This document shows, one piece after another, positions 9,128-18,497 of a stretch of DNA of 64,000 bases (the stretch's first letter is position 1; each line of letters opens with the position of its first letter). The notes below the pieces were generated by a model. The model was not told the DNA's origin and did not search any database. It saw only the letters and a program-made list of their open reading frames with translations. A program made the translations under genes and the position numbers. Source of the stretch: Terriglobia bacterium (GTDB lineage: Bacteria > Acidobacteriota > Terriglobia > Bryobacterales > Bryobacteraceae); assembly GCA_963760955.1 (NCBI GenBank), contig CAVXFF010000001.1:2518740-2582739 (forward strand). The letters run 5' to 3'.

Positions 9128-11191
9128 ATGGGTCTGTTTTCACCATGGTTCTTGGCCGGAGCGCTGGCAGTGGGGCTGCCCGTCTGGCTGCATCTGCTCA
9201 AACGCTCCAAGCACGATCCCAAGCCGTTTCCTTCGCTGATGTTCTGGGAGCATCGCGAAACCAGCTCCGTGCAGCACCGCCGCCTGGATTTCATCCTGCT
9301 GTTCCTGCTGCGCGCGCTGATGCTGCTTCTGCTGGCGCTGCTGTTCGCCAACCCATTTATCCGCCGCGACACGGCCGCCGCGCGCAACGATCAGCGCCTC
9401 ACCGTGGTCGCCGTCGACCGCTCCTTCAGCATGCGGACCAACGAAGGCACGGCCACGCGGCTTGACCAGGCCAAAGACGAAGCCCTCTCCGTGCTCGGCA
9501 GCCTCCCGGCGAACGCCAAGGCGCAGGTGGTCGCCCTGGGCGGAACGCTCCAGGCGATGACCCAGCAGATCAATGATCAGGGCGAGCTGCGCGCCGCCGT
9601 GCAGGCCATCGATCCCAGCGATAGCCGGGCGTCCTACGGAGAGTTGGCCCGCTACCTCCGCACCCTGCGCGAATCCGCCGACGTCCCCATCGACGTCCAC
9701 TTCATCAGCGATCTTCAGAAATCCGGCCTGCCGCCCGGCTTCATGGACCTGCGCCTGGACGCCGACACCAGCCTGAAGCTCCACCCCATCGGCAAGGTGC
9801 AGCCCAACTGGACCGTCGAGAACGTCATCGCGCCGCAGCGCATCTATGACACCAAGACCGTGCGTATCGCCGCGACCGTGTCGGGCTTCAACGCCCCGGC
9901 CGCCACGCGCACCGTGAACCTGCTGCTGAACGGCAAGCAGGTGGCGTCGAAGAGCGTTGAGGTTCCGGAAAACGGACGCGGGTCGGTCGAGTTCGTGGGC
10001 CTCGAAGCCACGCAAGGCTTCAACAAGTGCGAGATCCGCATTGATTCGGCAGACAACCTTCCGGCCGATGATTATTACCCCTTCGCCGTCGAGCGCACCA
10101 ACCCGCGCAAGGTGCTCTACATCGACGACGGCCGCCGCCCCGACGCGCAGCGCTTCTTCCGCGCCGCGCTCGAAGCCGCGCAGGAATCCGAGTTCGAACT
10201 CGACTCCATGCCTCCCGCGGTAGCCGCCAACGCCGACCTTTCCCGCTATGCCATGGTCGTGCTCTCCGACCTCGGCCAGATGCCGCAGACGCTCGAAAGT
10301 GCGCTCACCAAATACGTCCAGGGCGGCCACGGCGTGTTTGAGATCCTGGGCACCGGATCAGTGGCCATGCACCAGGCGCCGCTGCTGGGCGAAACCATCG
10401 AGGGCTCGAACCTTGCTACCCGCGCGGGCGCCCGCTTCTTCACCGCCGGCGAGGTTGACGCGACGCACCCGGCATTACAGAGCGTCGAGCGTTTCGAAGG
10501 CGTCAACTTTTACATCACCACCACCGTCACCTCCGCTCAGTCCGATGTCCTGGCGCGGCTGGGCGACGGTTCGCCGCTGGTTCTGGAGCGAAAGCTCGGC
10601 GAAGGCAGCGTCCTGGCTTTCGCTTCCGGCTTTGACGGCATCACCAATGATCTGCCCCGGAAACCGATCTTCGTGGGGTTTGTCCATGAAGCCGTGCGCT
10701 ACCTCGCAGGCGGCGGTGTGGATCAGCCGGTCAACCTTCCGGTGGATTCCTACGTTGAGTTAAGAACAGGAGACCAGGAAGGCGTGACTTCAGAAGTGCT
10801 GGGACCCGACGGTCAACGGATGCTCTCGATTGAAGAAGCCGCCACCGCGCCCAACTTCGCCCTTTCAAGCGAAGGCTTCTTCGATGTCAAGGACGCCGCC
10901 GGCCGCCACAGCCTGGTGGCCGCCCACGCGGACCGCAAGGAATCGGACCTTACGATCATGCCCCAGGAAACCGAAGATTTATGGGCCGGAACCGGCGTCA
11001 CGGGTGAGCAGGCGTCAGAGGCCGCCACCGGCGCCGCCGTTCCGGGCGGGATCGACAACTCCACCACACCCTGGAGCCTGTCGCCCATCCTATTGGTGTT
11101 ATTGTTGTTGATAGCATTGGCTGAGTCCGTTGTGGCGAACCGGTACTTGCGTACTGCGGCTCAACCTCAGGAGACGATGACAAAGGCATGA
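9128..11191 (+). CDS. BatA_N (double-TM N-terminal) / vWA-like / GATase1-like membrane protein
   Basis: The N-terminus MGLFSPWFLAGALAVGLPVWLHLLKR matches the aerotolerance-regulator N-terminal domain. MIDAS-like VVAVDRSFSM, a KVLYIDDGRRPD block and a C-terminal TM. Confidence 0.8.
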   Translation: MGLFSPWFLAGALAVGLPVWLHLLKRSKHDPKPFPSLMFWEHRETSSVQHRRLDFILLFLLRALMLLLLALLFANPFIRRDTAAARNDQRLTVVAVDRSFSMRTNEGTATRLDQAKDEALSVLGSLPANAKAQVVALGGTLQAMTQQINDQGELRAAVQAIDPSDSRASYGELARYLRTLRESADVPIDVHFISDLQKSGLPPGFMDLRLDADTSLKLHPIGKVQPNWTVENVIAPQRIYDTKTVRIAATVSGFNAPAATRTVNLLLNGKQVASKSVEVPENGRGSVEFVGLEATQGFNKCEIRIDSADNLPADDYYPFAVERTNPRKVLYIDDGRRPDAQRFFRAALEAAQESEFELDSMPPAVAANADLSRYAMVVLSDLGQMPQTLESALTKYVQGGHGVFEILGTGSVAMHQAPLLGETIEGSNLATRAGARFFTAGEVDATHPALQSVERFEGVNFYITTTVTSAQSDVLARLGDGSPLVLERKLGEGSVLAFASGFDGITNDLPRKPIFVGFVHEAVRYLAGGGVDQPVNLPVDSYVELRTGDQEGVTSEVLGPDGQRMLSIEEAATAPNFALSSEGFFDVKDAAGRHSLVAAHADRKESDLTIMPQETEDLWAGTGVTGEQASEAATGAAVPGGIDNSTTPWSLSPILLVLLLLIALAESVVANRYLRTAAQPQETMTKA

Positions 11192-14100
11192 ACACCCGCG
11201 AACAACTCAACCATTACCTGCGCGGTCTCGAGACGCGCCTTCGGATGCTGGTGGTGAGCCGTGGAGTAGCTGTTGCGTTCGGCGTTGCGCTGGGCGCTAC
11301 CGTTGCTCTCGTCTTGATTACCAACGCGTTCGCTTTCTCCGCCACCAGCTTTGTGGTGGCGCGCGTCATGCTGTACATCTCTCTGGCGGTGGCCATCGCC
11401 CTGGGGCTGGTGGTTCCGCTGCTGAAGCTGAACCAGCGCCGCGCCGCGGGCAAGGCCGAAGCCGCTTACCCGGACTTCAATCAGCGCCTGCTCACTTATA
11501 TCGAACGCCGCGAAGCGCAGGACCCGATGCTTGAGTTGCTGGCCGAAGACACCCTCACGCGCGCGCCCAAAGCGCCGCCTGCCAGCGTGATCCCGCCCAA
11601 GTCGATCTTCGCCTTCTCGGCTTCGGCCGGCGCCGCTGTAGCCGTGCTGCTGTGGCTGATCATGGCCGGACCCGGATTCCTGGGCGTCGGCGCCCGCACG
11701 CTGTGGGCCGGCACGCCCAAGGTCGGCGGACCCATCTATTACGACATCCAGGTCGAGCCCGGCGATGAAACCGTGCGCCGCCGCGAGGATGTCAACATCG
11801 TCGCCACGCTGCAGAACTTCATGGCGCCGGAAGTCAAGCTGATGGCGCGCTACGAGAACTCGGCCAAGTGGGAAGAGACCATCATGCTGCCGCGCGCCGG
11901 CGATGCGGCCTACGGATTCCTGATGGCCGCCGTGCCGGAAGCCTTCGAATATTACGTGGAGGCCGCGGGCGTGAAATCGAAGACCTATAACATCAAGGTC
12001 GTCGACCTGCCCGGCATCAAGAACATCAAAGTGACGTATCACTACCCGACCTGGCTGGGCGCCAAGCCCTTCGTCGAGGATCCGGGCGGCGACCTGCGCG
12101 CCGTGGCCGGCACCAAGGCCGAGTTGACGGTGGAAACCGACAAGCCGCTCACCGCCGGTCTGGTGATCATGCAGGACGGCACTGAAATCGAGATGAAGCA
12201 GACCCAGGGCAACTTCCTCACCGTGAACGTGCCCATCGAGAAGGAAGGCGTGTACCACTTCGCCGCCAAGTACAATGGCGAAACCGTGCGCCTCAGCCAG
12301 GACTACTTCATTGAAGCGCAGACCGACGAGGGTCCGAAGATCAGCATCACTGCGCCGGGTCTCGATACCCGCGTCAACCCCATTGAGGAAGTGATCGTCA
12401 ACGTCGAAGCCGACGACGACTTCGGCCTCACCTCGCTCAACTTCCATTACTCGGTCAACGGCGGCGAAGAGAAGACCGTCAACATGCTCCAGCAGAAGGG
12501 CGGCCTGGTGGCTGACGGCCACACCGTGCTGTACCTGGAGGACTTCCACTTGGTGCCGGGCGACGTGATCTCCTTCTATGCCACGGCCAAGGACGCCCGC
12601 ACCGAATCGGCCAGCGAGATCGGCTTCATCGAAGCGCAGCCGTTTGAGAAGAATTACTCCCAGGCCCAGAGCGGCGGCGGGGGCGGTGGCGGCGGAGGCC
12701 AGCAGCAGGAGCAGAACGAGATTTCGCGCCGCCAGCGCGAGATCATCACCCTGACGCACAACGCCCTGCGCGGCAGCGCCGATGACAAAGCAGCCGCGAC
12801 CGAGGAGCGCGCCCGATTCCTGGCTGAAGTGCAGAACAAGCTGAAGGACCAGGCCGAATCGCTCGCGCACCGCGTCCAGGCCCGCCAACTGGACGGCGCC
12901 AATGATCAGTTTAAGGCCTTCACCGAAGAGATCGAGGCAGCCGCCAATGAAATGGGTCCGGCCGCCGACAATCTGGGCGACAGCAAGTGGCAGGACGCCC
13001 TTATCCCCGAGCAGAAGGCGCTTCAGCACCTGCAGCGCGCCGAGCAGATGAACCGCGACATCCAGGTGGCCTTCGGCAACCAGGGCGGCGGCGGTGGCGG
13101 CGGCGGCGGCAACGCCGGGCGCGATCTCGCCAACCTGTTCGACCTGGAGCTCGACACCGAGAAGAACCAGTATGAGCAGGCCCAGCAGGCCGGCTCGCCC
13201 GCCGAGCAGCAACAGCAGCAGGTCGACGAAGCGCTGCAGAAGCTGCAGGAACTGGCCAAGCGCCAGGAGCAGCTCGCCCAGCAGCAGCAGAACGGCAAGC
13301 AGCAGACGCTGGACCGCCGCTGGGAGCAGGAACAGCTCCGCCGCGAGGCCGAACAGTTGCAGCGCCAGATCGAGCAGATGCAGGCGCAGTCCAACTCGCA
13401 GTCGCGCAGCAGTTCGCAGATGAGCCGCGGCCAGCAGCAGGGCCAGCAAGGCCAGCAGAGCCAGCAGCAGGGCCAACAAGGGCAGCAAGGCCAGCAGGGC
13501 CAGGGCGGCCAGAGCGCGTCCGCACAGCAGTTGCAGCGCATGCTGGACCAGGTCAAACAAGCCCAGGAAGACATGCGCAACGCGCAGCGCGCCGGCACGC
13601 AGGGCGATCAAAGCCAGGCCGACGCCGCCGCGCGCCGCGCCGCCGAGCGCCTCCAGCAGGCCGGTCAGGCCGGCCAGCAGATGCAGCGCCAGGGTCTGGC
13701 GTCGGGTCTCGACAACCTCGCCCAGCGCGCCCAGGGCCTCGCCGATGAGCAGCGCCAGCTCGAAGAGAAGCTCAACCAGCAGCTCGGCGCCAACGACTCC
13801 TCGAAGCAGGGGCAGCGCGGCGGTGACGGCATCTCGCGCGACCAGGCCGAGCAGGTGGCCCAGCAGAAGGAACGCATGCAGCGCGACCTCGAAGAGCTGC
13901 AGCGCGAAGTCCAGCGCCAGTCCCGCGACCTGTCCCAGGCGCAGCCCGACGCCTCGACGCATCTGCGCGACGGCCTGAGCGAGGTCCAGCAGGCCGAAGC
14001 GGTTCGCCGCCTCGAGTTCGGCGCCGAATACTTCCGCGCCGGCCAGGGTCCCCAATGGGTCCGCCAGGGCTATGAGCGGCCGGTGACGCGGTCCTTGCAG

Positions 14101-14859
14101 GACATGGCCGATGCCATCAAGGAAGCCCGCGGCGCGCTCCGCGAAGGCGACCAGCAGATGGCCGGCCAGAGCGACCTGGAACGCCAGGTGGCGCAAGTCG
14201 AGCGGCTCCGCCAGCAACTTGAGCAGCTTCAGGCCCAGGCTGGCCAGCAGGGTCAGCAGGGTCAGCAGGGCGCCCAGCAGGGTCAGCAGCAAGGTGGCCA
14301 GCAGGGCGGCCAACAGCAGGGCCAGCAAGGGAAGCAGGGTGGCCAGCAAGGCCAACAGGGCGGCCAGCAAGGTCAACAGGGTCAACAAGGCGGCCAACAG
14401 GGTGGTCAACAGGGCGGGCAGCAGGCGGGCGGCAACCAGTACGGTGGCGGCGGTCCGAACGGCGGCAACGTCGGCCGCTACGGCCGTTATAACCCGCAGG
14501 GCGTCTATGACCGCGGCGACCTGACTCCGGTCGACCCGCGCCAGCTCGCCCGTGAAGCCCAGCGCGATCTGTCGGCCATCCGCCAGGCCTACCGCGACAA
14601 CCCGGAACTCGCCAACCAGGCGCAGCAGCTCGAGCGCGCGCTTGAGGACCTGACCTTCGGCAATCCCTCGGGACCCGAGCTTCAGGAGCGCCTGAGCCGC
14701 ACGATCCTGCCGCAACTGGAGACGCTCGAAGTGCAGCTCCGTACTGAGCTCGCCGAGAAGCAAGGCGGCCAGGTCCGCAGCGCGGCCACTGACCGTACGC
14801 CCGAAGGCTTCGCCGACGCCGTGCACGAGTACTTCCGCCGGCTGAGCCGCAGTAAGTAG
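11188..14859 (+). CDS. Large membrane-anchored protein (DUF4175-like) with Ig-like middle region and Q/G-rich coiled-coil tail
   Basis: The ATG overlaps the upstream stop (ATGA at 11188-11191). N-terminal TM helices, a globular middle region (YYDIQVEPGDETV..., VVDLPGIKNIKVTYHYP), then poly-G and QQGQQG tracts. The DUF4175 label is tentative. Confidence 0.7.
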   Translation: MNTREQLNHYLRGLETRLRMLVVSRGVAVAFGVALGATVALVLITNAFAFSATSFVVARVMLYISLAVAIALGLVVPLLKLNQRRAAGKAEAAYPDFNQRLLTYIERREAQDPMLELLAEDTLTRAPKAPPASVIPPKSIFAFSASAGAAVAVLLWLIMAGPGFLGVGARTLWAGTPKVGGPIYYDIQVEPGDETVRRREDVNIVATLQNFMAPEVKLMARYENSAKWEETIMLPRAGDAAYGFLMAAVPEAFEYYVEAAGVKSKTYNIKVVDLPGIKNIKVTYHYPTWLGAKPFVEDPGGDLRAVAGTKAELTVETDKPLTAGLVIMQDGTEIEMKQTQGNFLTVNVPIEKEGVYHFAAKYNGETVRLSQDYFIEAQTDEGPKISITAPGLDTRVNPIEEVIVNVEADDDFGLTSLNFHYSVNGGEEKTVNMLQQKGGLVADGHTVLYLEDFHLVPGDVISFYATAKDARTESASEIGFIEAQPFEKNYSQAQSGGGGGGGGGQQQEQNEISRRQREIITLTHNALRGSADDKAAATEERARFLAEVQNKLKDQAESLAHRVQARQLDGANDQFKAFTEEIEAAANEMGPAADNLGDSKWQDALIPEQKALQHLQRAEQMNRDIQVAFGNQGGGGGGGGGNAGRDLANLFDLELDTEKNQYEQAQQAGSPAEQQQQQVDEALQKLQELAKRQEQLAQQQQNGKQQTLDRRWEQEQLRREAEQLQRQIEQMQAQSNSQSRSSSQMSRGQQQGQQGQQSQQQGQQGQQGQQGQGGQSASAQQLQRMLDQVKQAQEDMRNAQRAGTQGDQSQADAAARRAAERLQQAGQAGQQMQRQGLASGLDNLAQRAQGLADEQRQLEEKLNQQLGANDSSKQGQRGGDGISRDQAEQVAQQKERMQRDLEELQREVQRQSRDLSQAQPDASTHLRDGLSEVQQAEAVRRLEFGAEYFRAGQGPQWVRQGYERPVTRSLQDMADAIKEARGALREGDQQMAGQSDLERQVAQVERLRQQLEQLQAQAGQQGQQGQQGAQQGQQQGGQQGGQQQGQQGKQGGQQGQQGGQQGQQGQQGGQQGGQQGGQQAGGNQYGGGGPNGGNVGRYGRYNPQGVYDRGDLTPVDPRQLAREAQRDLSAIRQAYRDNPELANQAQQLERALEDLTFGNPSGPELQERLSRTILPQLETLEVQLRTELAEKQGGQVRSAATDRTPEGFADAVHEYFRRLSRSK

Positions 14860-14882
14860 TCCCCGACAGTCCCACAGAGCAT

Positions 14883-14916
14883 GAGGCGGGCCCAACCAGC
14901 CCGCCTCTTTCTGTTT
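14883..14916 (+). terminator. Intrinsic terminator closing the MoxR/vWA cluster
   Basis: 9-bp GC stem GAGGCGGGC / GCCCGCCTC with a 7-nt loop, followed by TTTCTGTTT, 24 nt after the stop at 14859. Confidence 0.7.
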
Positions 14917-15136
14917 CTGCCCACGGCCCGTGTGGGGCAGGCCCTCAGCCCGCCTCTTCCTCCTGCCGAACGCGTGCCGTTCCGCAACGAACCGCTATCG
15001 CCCCGCTCGCCCCATCTCCGCGCCGCCCGCCCGGGGCCGCCCGGCACGGCCATGCGTCCACACGCCGGACTCACGCCCCTTGCATGTCTCCGTGCACCCC
15101 AACGCCTCCGCCTTCCTCACGTTCTATCATGGAGAA

Positions 15137-15940
15137 GTGACCGCGCCCCGCCTCGCCGCAGTCCTCCTCGCGATCGTGATCTGCGGTGGTGTCCTCTACG
15201 GCTTCGCCTCCAACCGCCGCTGGGCCCAGTACGAACGCGAGATGCAGAGCCCGGCCGACGACCCGCCCGACGCCTGGCAGGAAACCGAATTTGCCTTCGC
15301 CCGCCTGCGCTACCGCTCGAACAATGACCGCTTCCGCTACCGCGCCTGGGGCATCGACTCAAACACCTCCGAGCGCCACTTCATCGAAGGCCTGCGCCGC
15401 CTCACCCGCATCGACGGACGGTCGGTGGAGCAGATCGTCGACGTCGGAAGCGACGACGTCTTCGACTGGCCCTGGCTCTACGTGGTCTCCGGCGGCGACT
15501 GGATCCTGAACGCCGATGAAGCCGCGCGCCTGCGCCAATACTTCGACCGCGGCGGCTTCCTGGTGGTGGACGACTTCCACGGCGAAATCGAGTGGGACAG
15601 CTTCATGCAAGGCATCCTCCAGATCTTCCCCAACCCGGCCGTCGAGGACCTGCCCAACGACAACCCCATCTTCCACACCGTCTACAACCTCGACGGCCGC
15701 CTCCAGGTGCCCGGCTACCAGATCGTGGAGAACGGCCGCATGTGGGAGCGCAACGGCGGCATCAACCCCTACTGGCGCGCCATCCTCGACGACCGCGGAC
15801 GCGTCATCGTGGGCGCCTTCCTTAACCAGGATCTGGGCGACGCCTGGGAGTTCTCCGACGATCCGGCTTATCCGGAAAAGTTCGCTTCGATGGCCTACCG
15901 CGTGGGCGTGAACTACGTGGTCTACGCCATGACGCATTGA
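15137..15940 (+). CDS. DUF4159-family protein, third paralog, TM-anchored
   Basis: The track ORF 14930-15940 has a P/R-rich, non-protein-like 5' part. The GTG at 15137 precedes the TM APRLAAVLLAIVICGGVLYGF, but the start is uncertain. Conserved blocks RRLTRIDGRSVEQ, RGGFLVVDDFHG and DLGDAWEFSDDPAYPE. Confidence 0.75.
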   Translation: MTAPRLAAVLLAIVICGGVLYGFASNRRWAQYEREMQSPADDPPDAWQETEFAFARLRYRSNNDRFRYRAWGIDSNTSERHFIEGLRRLTRIDGRSVEQIVDVGSDDVFDWPWLYVVSGGDWILNADEAARLRQYFDRGGFLVVDDFHGEIEWDSFMQGILQIFPNPAVEDLPNDNPIFHTVYNLDGRLQVPGYQIVENGRMWERNGGINPYWRAILDDRGRVIVGAFLNQDLGDAWEFSDDPAYPEKFASMAYRVGVNYVVYAMTH

Positions 15941-16002
15941 GATTGTGTGAGATTGTGGGGCAGGCCCGCGGCCTGCGGAGTGTCCGCCGGCGCCTTGGCG
16001 TA

Positions 16003-16034
16003 GGCGGGCGGCCTCTCTGTCGGGCCGCCTTTCC
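16003..16034 (+). terminator. Putative intrinsic terminator
   Basis: Stem GGCGGCC / GGCCGCC with a 9-nt loop, followed by TTTCC. Weak T-tail. Confidence 0.4.
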
Positions 16035-16141
16035 AGCGAAGTCCACTCAGCCGCTCCGGCGCCGCTTGTCAAACTCCCGCAGTGCGTGGCGGCCCACCCA
16101 ACGCGCTGGCGGGCACAGCACCACTCGCCGAGCCGCGACTG

Positions 16142-18406
16142 TCAAGGAGCGGCCCTGACTGGTCCAGCCTGCGCACGGGATTTCCACATGCTCACGGCGG
16201 CGACCACGGCCGCGGCCAGGGTGAGCAGCAACCCGGCCAGCACGCTCCACGGTCGGTAGCGCATTTCGATGACGTGCGAGCCCGCCTCGACGATCACGCC
16301 GCGGACGCCGCCGTAGACTTCGTGAATCTCGGCGGACTGGCCGTCGACCGTCGCGCGCCAGCCGGGATAGTAGGTGTCGGTCAGGATCACCATGCCGCGG
16401 CAGGTGAGATCCGCGCGGATCTGGACGTAGTTGGCGGCGTGCAGCGGCATCTGCACATCGTCACCGGCCGCTCCAGGGCAGGGCGCGAGCGTTGGAGGCT
16501 CCCCATCGACGACGAAGGCCGTAGTGAGGGGATCGACCTCGCCGTCGGCGATCGCCTCGCGCGGATCGGTGGTGGTGGTCGCCTGGTGTACGGCCCACAC
16601 GCGAGGGAGCGCGGTCGGGTTCTGGTACACGTTGAAACCGTCCGGGCCGTGGAACACCTCGAGCTGGTTGGCGCGGCTGGGCGTCGTACCGATGTAATAC
16701 CGGACGCCGAAGAAATCCTGGCCGCGGGGCGAAAACAGATCCATGCGCCACAGGTTCGCCGTGACGCTGGGCCCGGAGCCTTTGATGGATTCGAGCCCGT
16801 ACCAGTCGCCGAGGTTGTAGTGGATGGCCTGGTCATCGTAGTCGATGCGTACGGCTTGGCCCTGCGACGCGATGTAGCCGACCGCCTCGGAGTAGGCGGC
16901 GAGCGGCCGCAGGTAGGGGTTCTGTTCCGGTACGGTGACGCTCGGCAGGTTGTAGTTGGTGACGTTGGCGATCTCAAACAGCGCCAGGCCAATGATCGCC
17001 ACCGATCCGGCGCGCACGGTAAGCGATCCGCCGCGCCAGGCCGCGAGCACGGCCGCCAGCGCCAGCGCGCCAATGGCCGGGATTACGGTGCGGGTGTCGG
17101 TGACCACCTCCAGGCGCGTAGTGAAGAAGACGAACGCGGCGGTGGCGAAGACGGCTCCGATGCCGGTGAGCCACCAACCGGCGCGGCGGGTCAGCGGGAA
17201 ATTTTCGGGACGATGGACCAGGTCCAGGCCGAAGGCGGCCAGCGGCGCGATACCCAGGGCGAAGACCAGTGTGGCGGCGGCGGGAACGCGCGCTTTGTCA
17301 ATGAGCGGGAAGACGGCGTACAGCACTCCATGCAGCACGCTGTTGGGGCCTAGCGCGAACAGGATCCCGGCGAGGGCGATCACCGACAGCCAGCGCACCG
17401 GGGGCGAGCTGCGCCAGGCCATCGCGGCGCCCAGCAGCGCCAGGGCGAACGCCGCTATACCGATGTAGGGCGGCCAGGACCACTCCACATTGGGCACGAA
17501 GATGCCGAGAAGGGACGACGGCGGCAGCGAATACTGCTCGTGGACCGTGTAGGCGACGGTTTGTGCGGGTCCCAGCGGGTCCTGCGGCGAGCCGGTCCAG
17601 CGCAGCGCGCGCGCGCCGTATTCGGCCATGGGGATGGTCTGGAAGGCGCTGGCCGCGGCTACCATGAGCATCGCCGCGGCGGCGAGCTTGGCCAGCTTCC
17701 CGTCAAAGCCGTTGCGCAGGATCAGCCACAGCCACAGGCCGGCGGCGGCCAGCGTCACAAACAGGTTCATCTGGTGATGTCCGGCCAGCCAGCCAATGCC
17801 GAGGAAGAAGCCGGAGAGCAGCGCGCTCGGCCAGGGATGCCGGCCGCGCGCGGCGCGCAGCAGGAACAGGAAGGCCAGCGGGGTCCAGACGGCTCCGTTC
17901 ACCATCTGTGGCCACATGGTGTTGCCGACGTAGCCGCCCAGGGCGTAGACGGCGGCTCCCAGCACCGAAGCCGGGCGCGACCGGCCCAGGTCACGGCACA
18001 AGGCGTAGGCGGCCAGCGCGGCCAGATAGCGGATCAGCACGAAATACCAGTGCAGGGCATCCTGGCGGATCCAGCCGCCGTGCGTCGGAAACAGGAACAG
18101 CAGCCAGTTGAGCGGGTAGGCCGCACCGGGCTGGCCCTGGCCGAACAGCGGCTGGCCGGCGAATCCGCTGGGCTCCCAGAGAGGAAAATGCAGGCGGTGC
18201 CACTCCCCTACTTGGAACTGGAGCCACGGCAGCACTTGGTTGGCGGTGTCCGCGCCTTCCAGCCAGGTGAATTGATTCGTGAGGACCAGCTTCCACTCAA
18301 ACAGCGTTACGATAAGAAGAAGGAGTACAGGCATTGCCAGCCAGCGCACCAAAAAGCGGCCGGGTGATGGATTCCCATCAGTCTGGTGCTTTTCGGCCAC
18401 CTGCAT
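16142..18406 (-). CDS. YfhO-like polytopic membrane protein
   Basis: 754-aa ORF with many hydrophobic helices in the N-terminal two thirds, a soluble domain, then a final C-terminal TM (VLAGLLLTLAAAVVAAV). The opposite-strand ORFs are R/G/A-rich artefacts. The family call is from overall architecture only. Confidence 0.6.
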   Translation of the reverse strand: MQVAEKHQTDGNPSPGRFLVRWLAMPVLLLLIVTLFEWKLVLTNQFTWLEGADTANQVLPWLQFQVGEWHRLHFPLWEPSGFAGQPLFGQGQPGAAYPLNWLLFLFPTHGGWIRQDALHWYFVLIRYLAALAAYALCRDLGRSRPASVLGAAVYALGGYVGNTMWPQMVNGAVWTPLAFLFLLRAARGRHPWPSALLSGFFLGIGWLAGHHQMNLFVTLAAAGLWLWLILRNGFDGKLAKLAAAAMLMVAAASAFQTIPMAEYGARALRWTGSPQDPLGPAQTVAYTVHEQYSLPPSSLLGIFVPNVEWSWPPYIGIAAFALALLGAAMAWRSSPPVRWLSVIALAGILFALGPNSVLHGVLYAVFPLIDKARVPAAATLVFALGIAPLAAFGLDLVHRPENFPLTRRAGWWLTGIGAVFATAAFVFFTTRLEVVTDTRTVIPAIGALALAAVLAAWRGGSLTVRAGSVAIIGLALFEIANVTNYNLPSVTVPEQNPYLRPLAAYSEAVGYIASQGQAVRIDYDDQAIHYNLGDWYGLESIKGSGPSVTANLWRMDLFSPRGQDFFGVRYYIGTTPSRANQLEVFHGPDGFNVYQNPTALPRVWAVHQATTTTDPREAIADGEVDPLTTAFVVDGEPPTLAPCPGAAGDDVQMPLHAANYVQIRADLTCRGMVILTDTYYPGWRATVDGQSAEIHEVYGGVRGVIVEAGSHVIEMRYRPWSVLAGLLLTLAAAVVAAVSMWKSRAQAGPVRAAP

Positions 18407-18497
18407 CAGCAGCCATCATATCCAGAATCGCTGAGTTTACAAAGAGTTATATTTTGGCAGGCGGCGTGCCCTTAAAGAAGTTGGGAGGGGAACTGCC

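Noticed and set aside
13429-14440. Regular short DNA repeats that might suggest a CRISPR array or VNTR
   Set aside because: They are in-frame CAG/GGC codon repeats inside a long ORF. There are no repeat-spacer units of CRISPR size and no cas genes.
11167-14895. 1,242-aa minus-strand ORF
   Set aside because: It is antisense to the 1,223-aa Q/G-rich protein. It consists of Leu/Ala runs produced by reading CAG/GGC repeats backwards, with no domain-like segments.
14881-15136. ORF 14881-15327 and the 5' extension of ORF 14930-15940
   Set aside because: They are Pro/Arg-rich, overlap a terminator hairpin, and lie upstream of the TM anchor where the DUF4159 paralog plausibly starts.
16082-18367. 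Plus-strand ORFs 16082-17353 and 17540-18367
   Set aside because: They are Arg/Gly/Ala-rich and lack hydrophobic structure. The minus strand encodes a coherent polytopic membrane protein.
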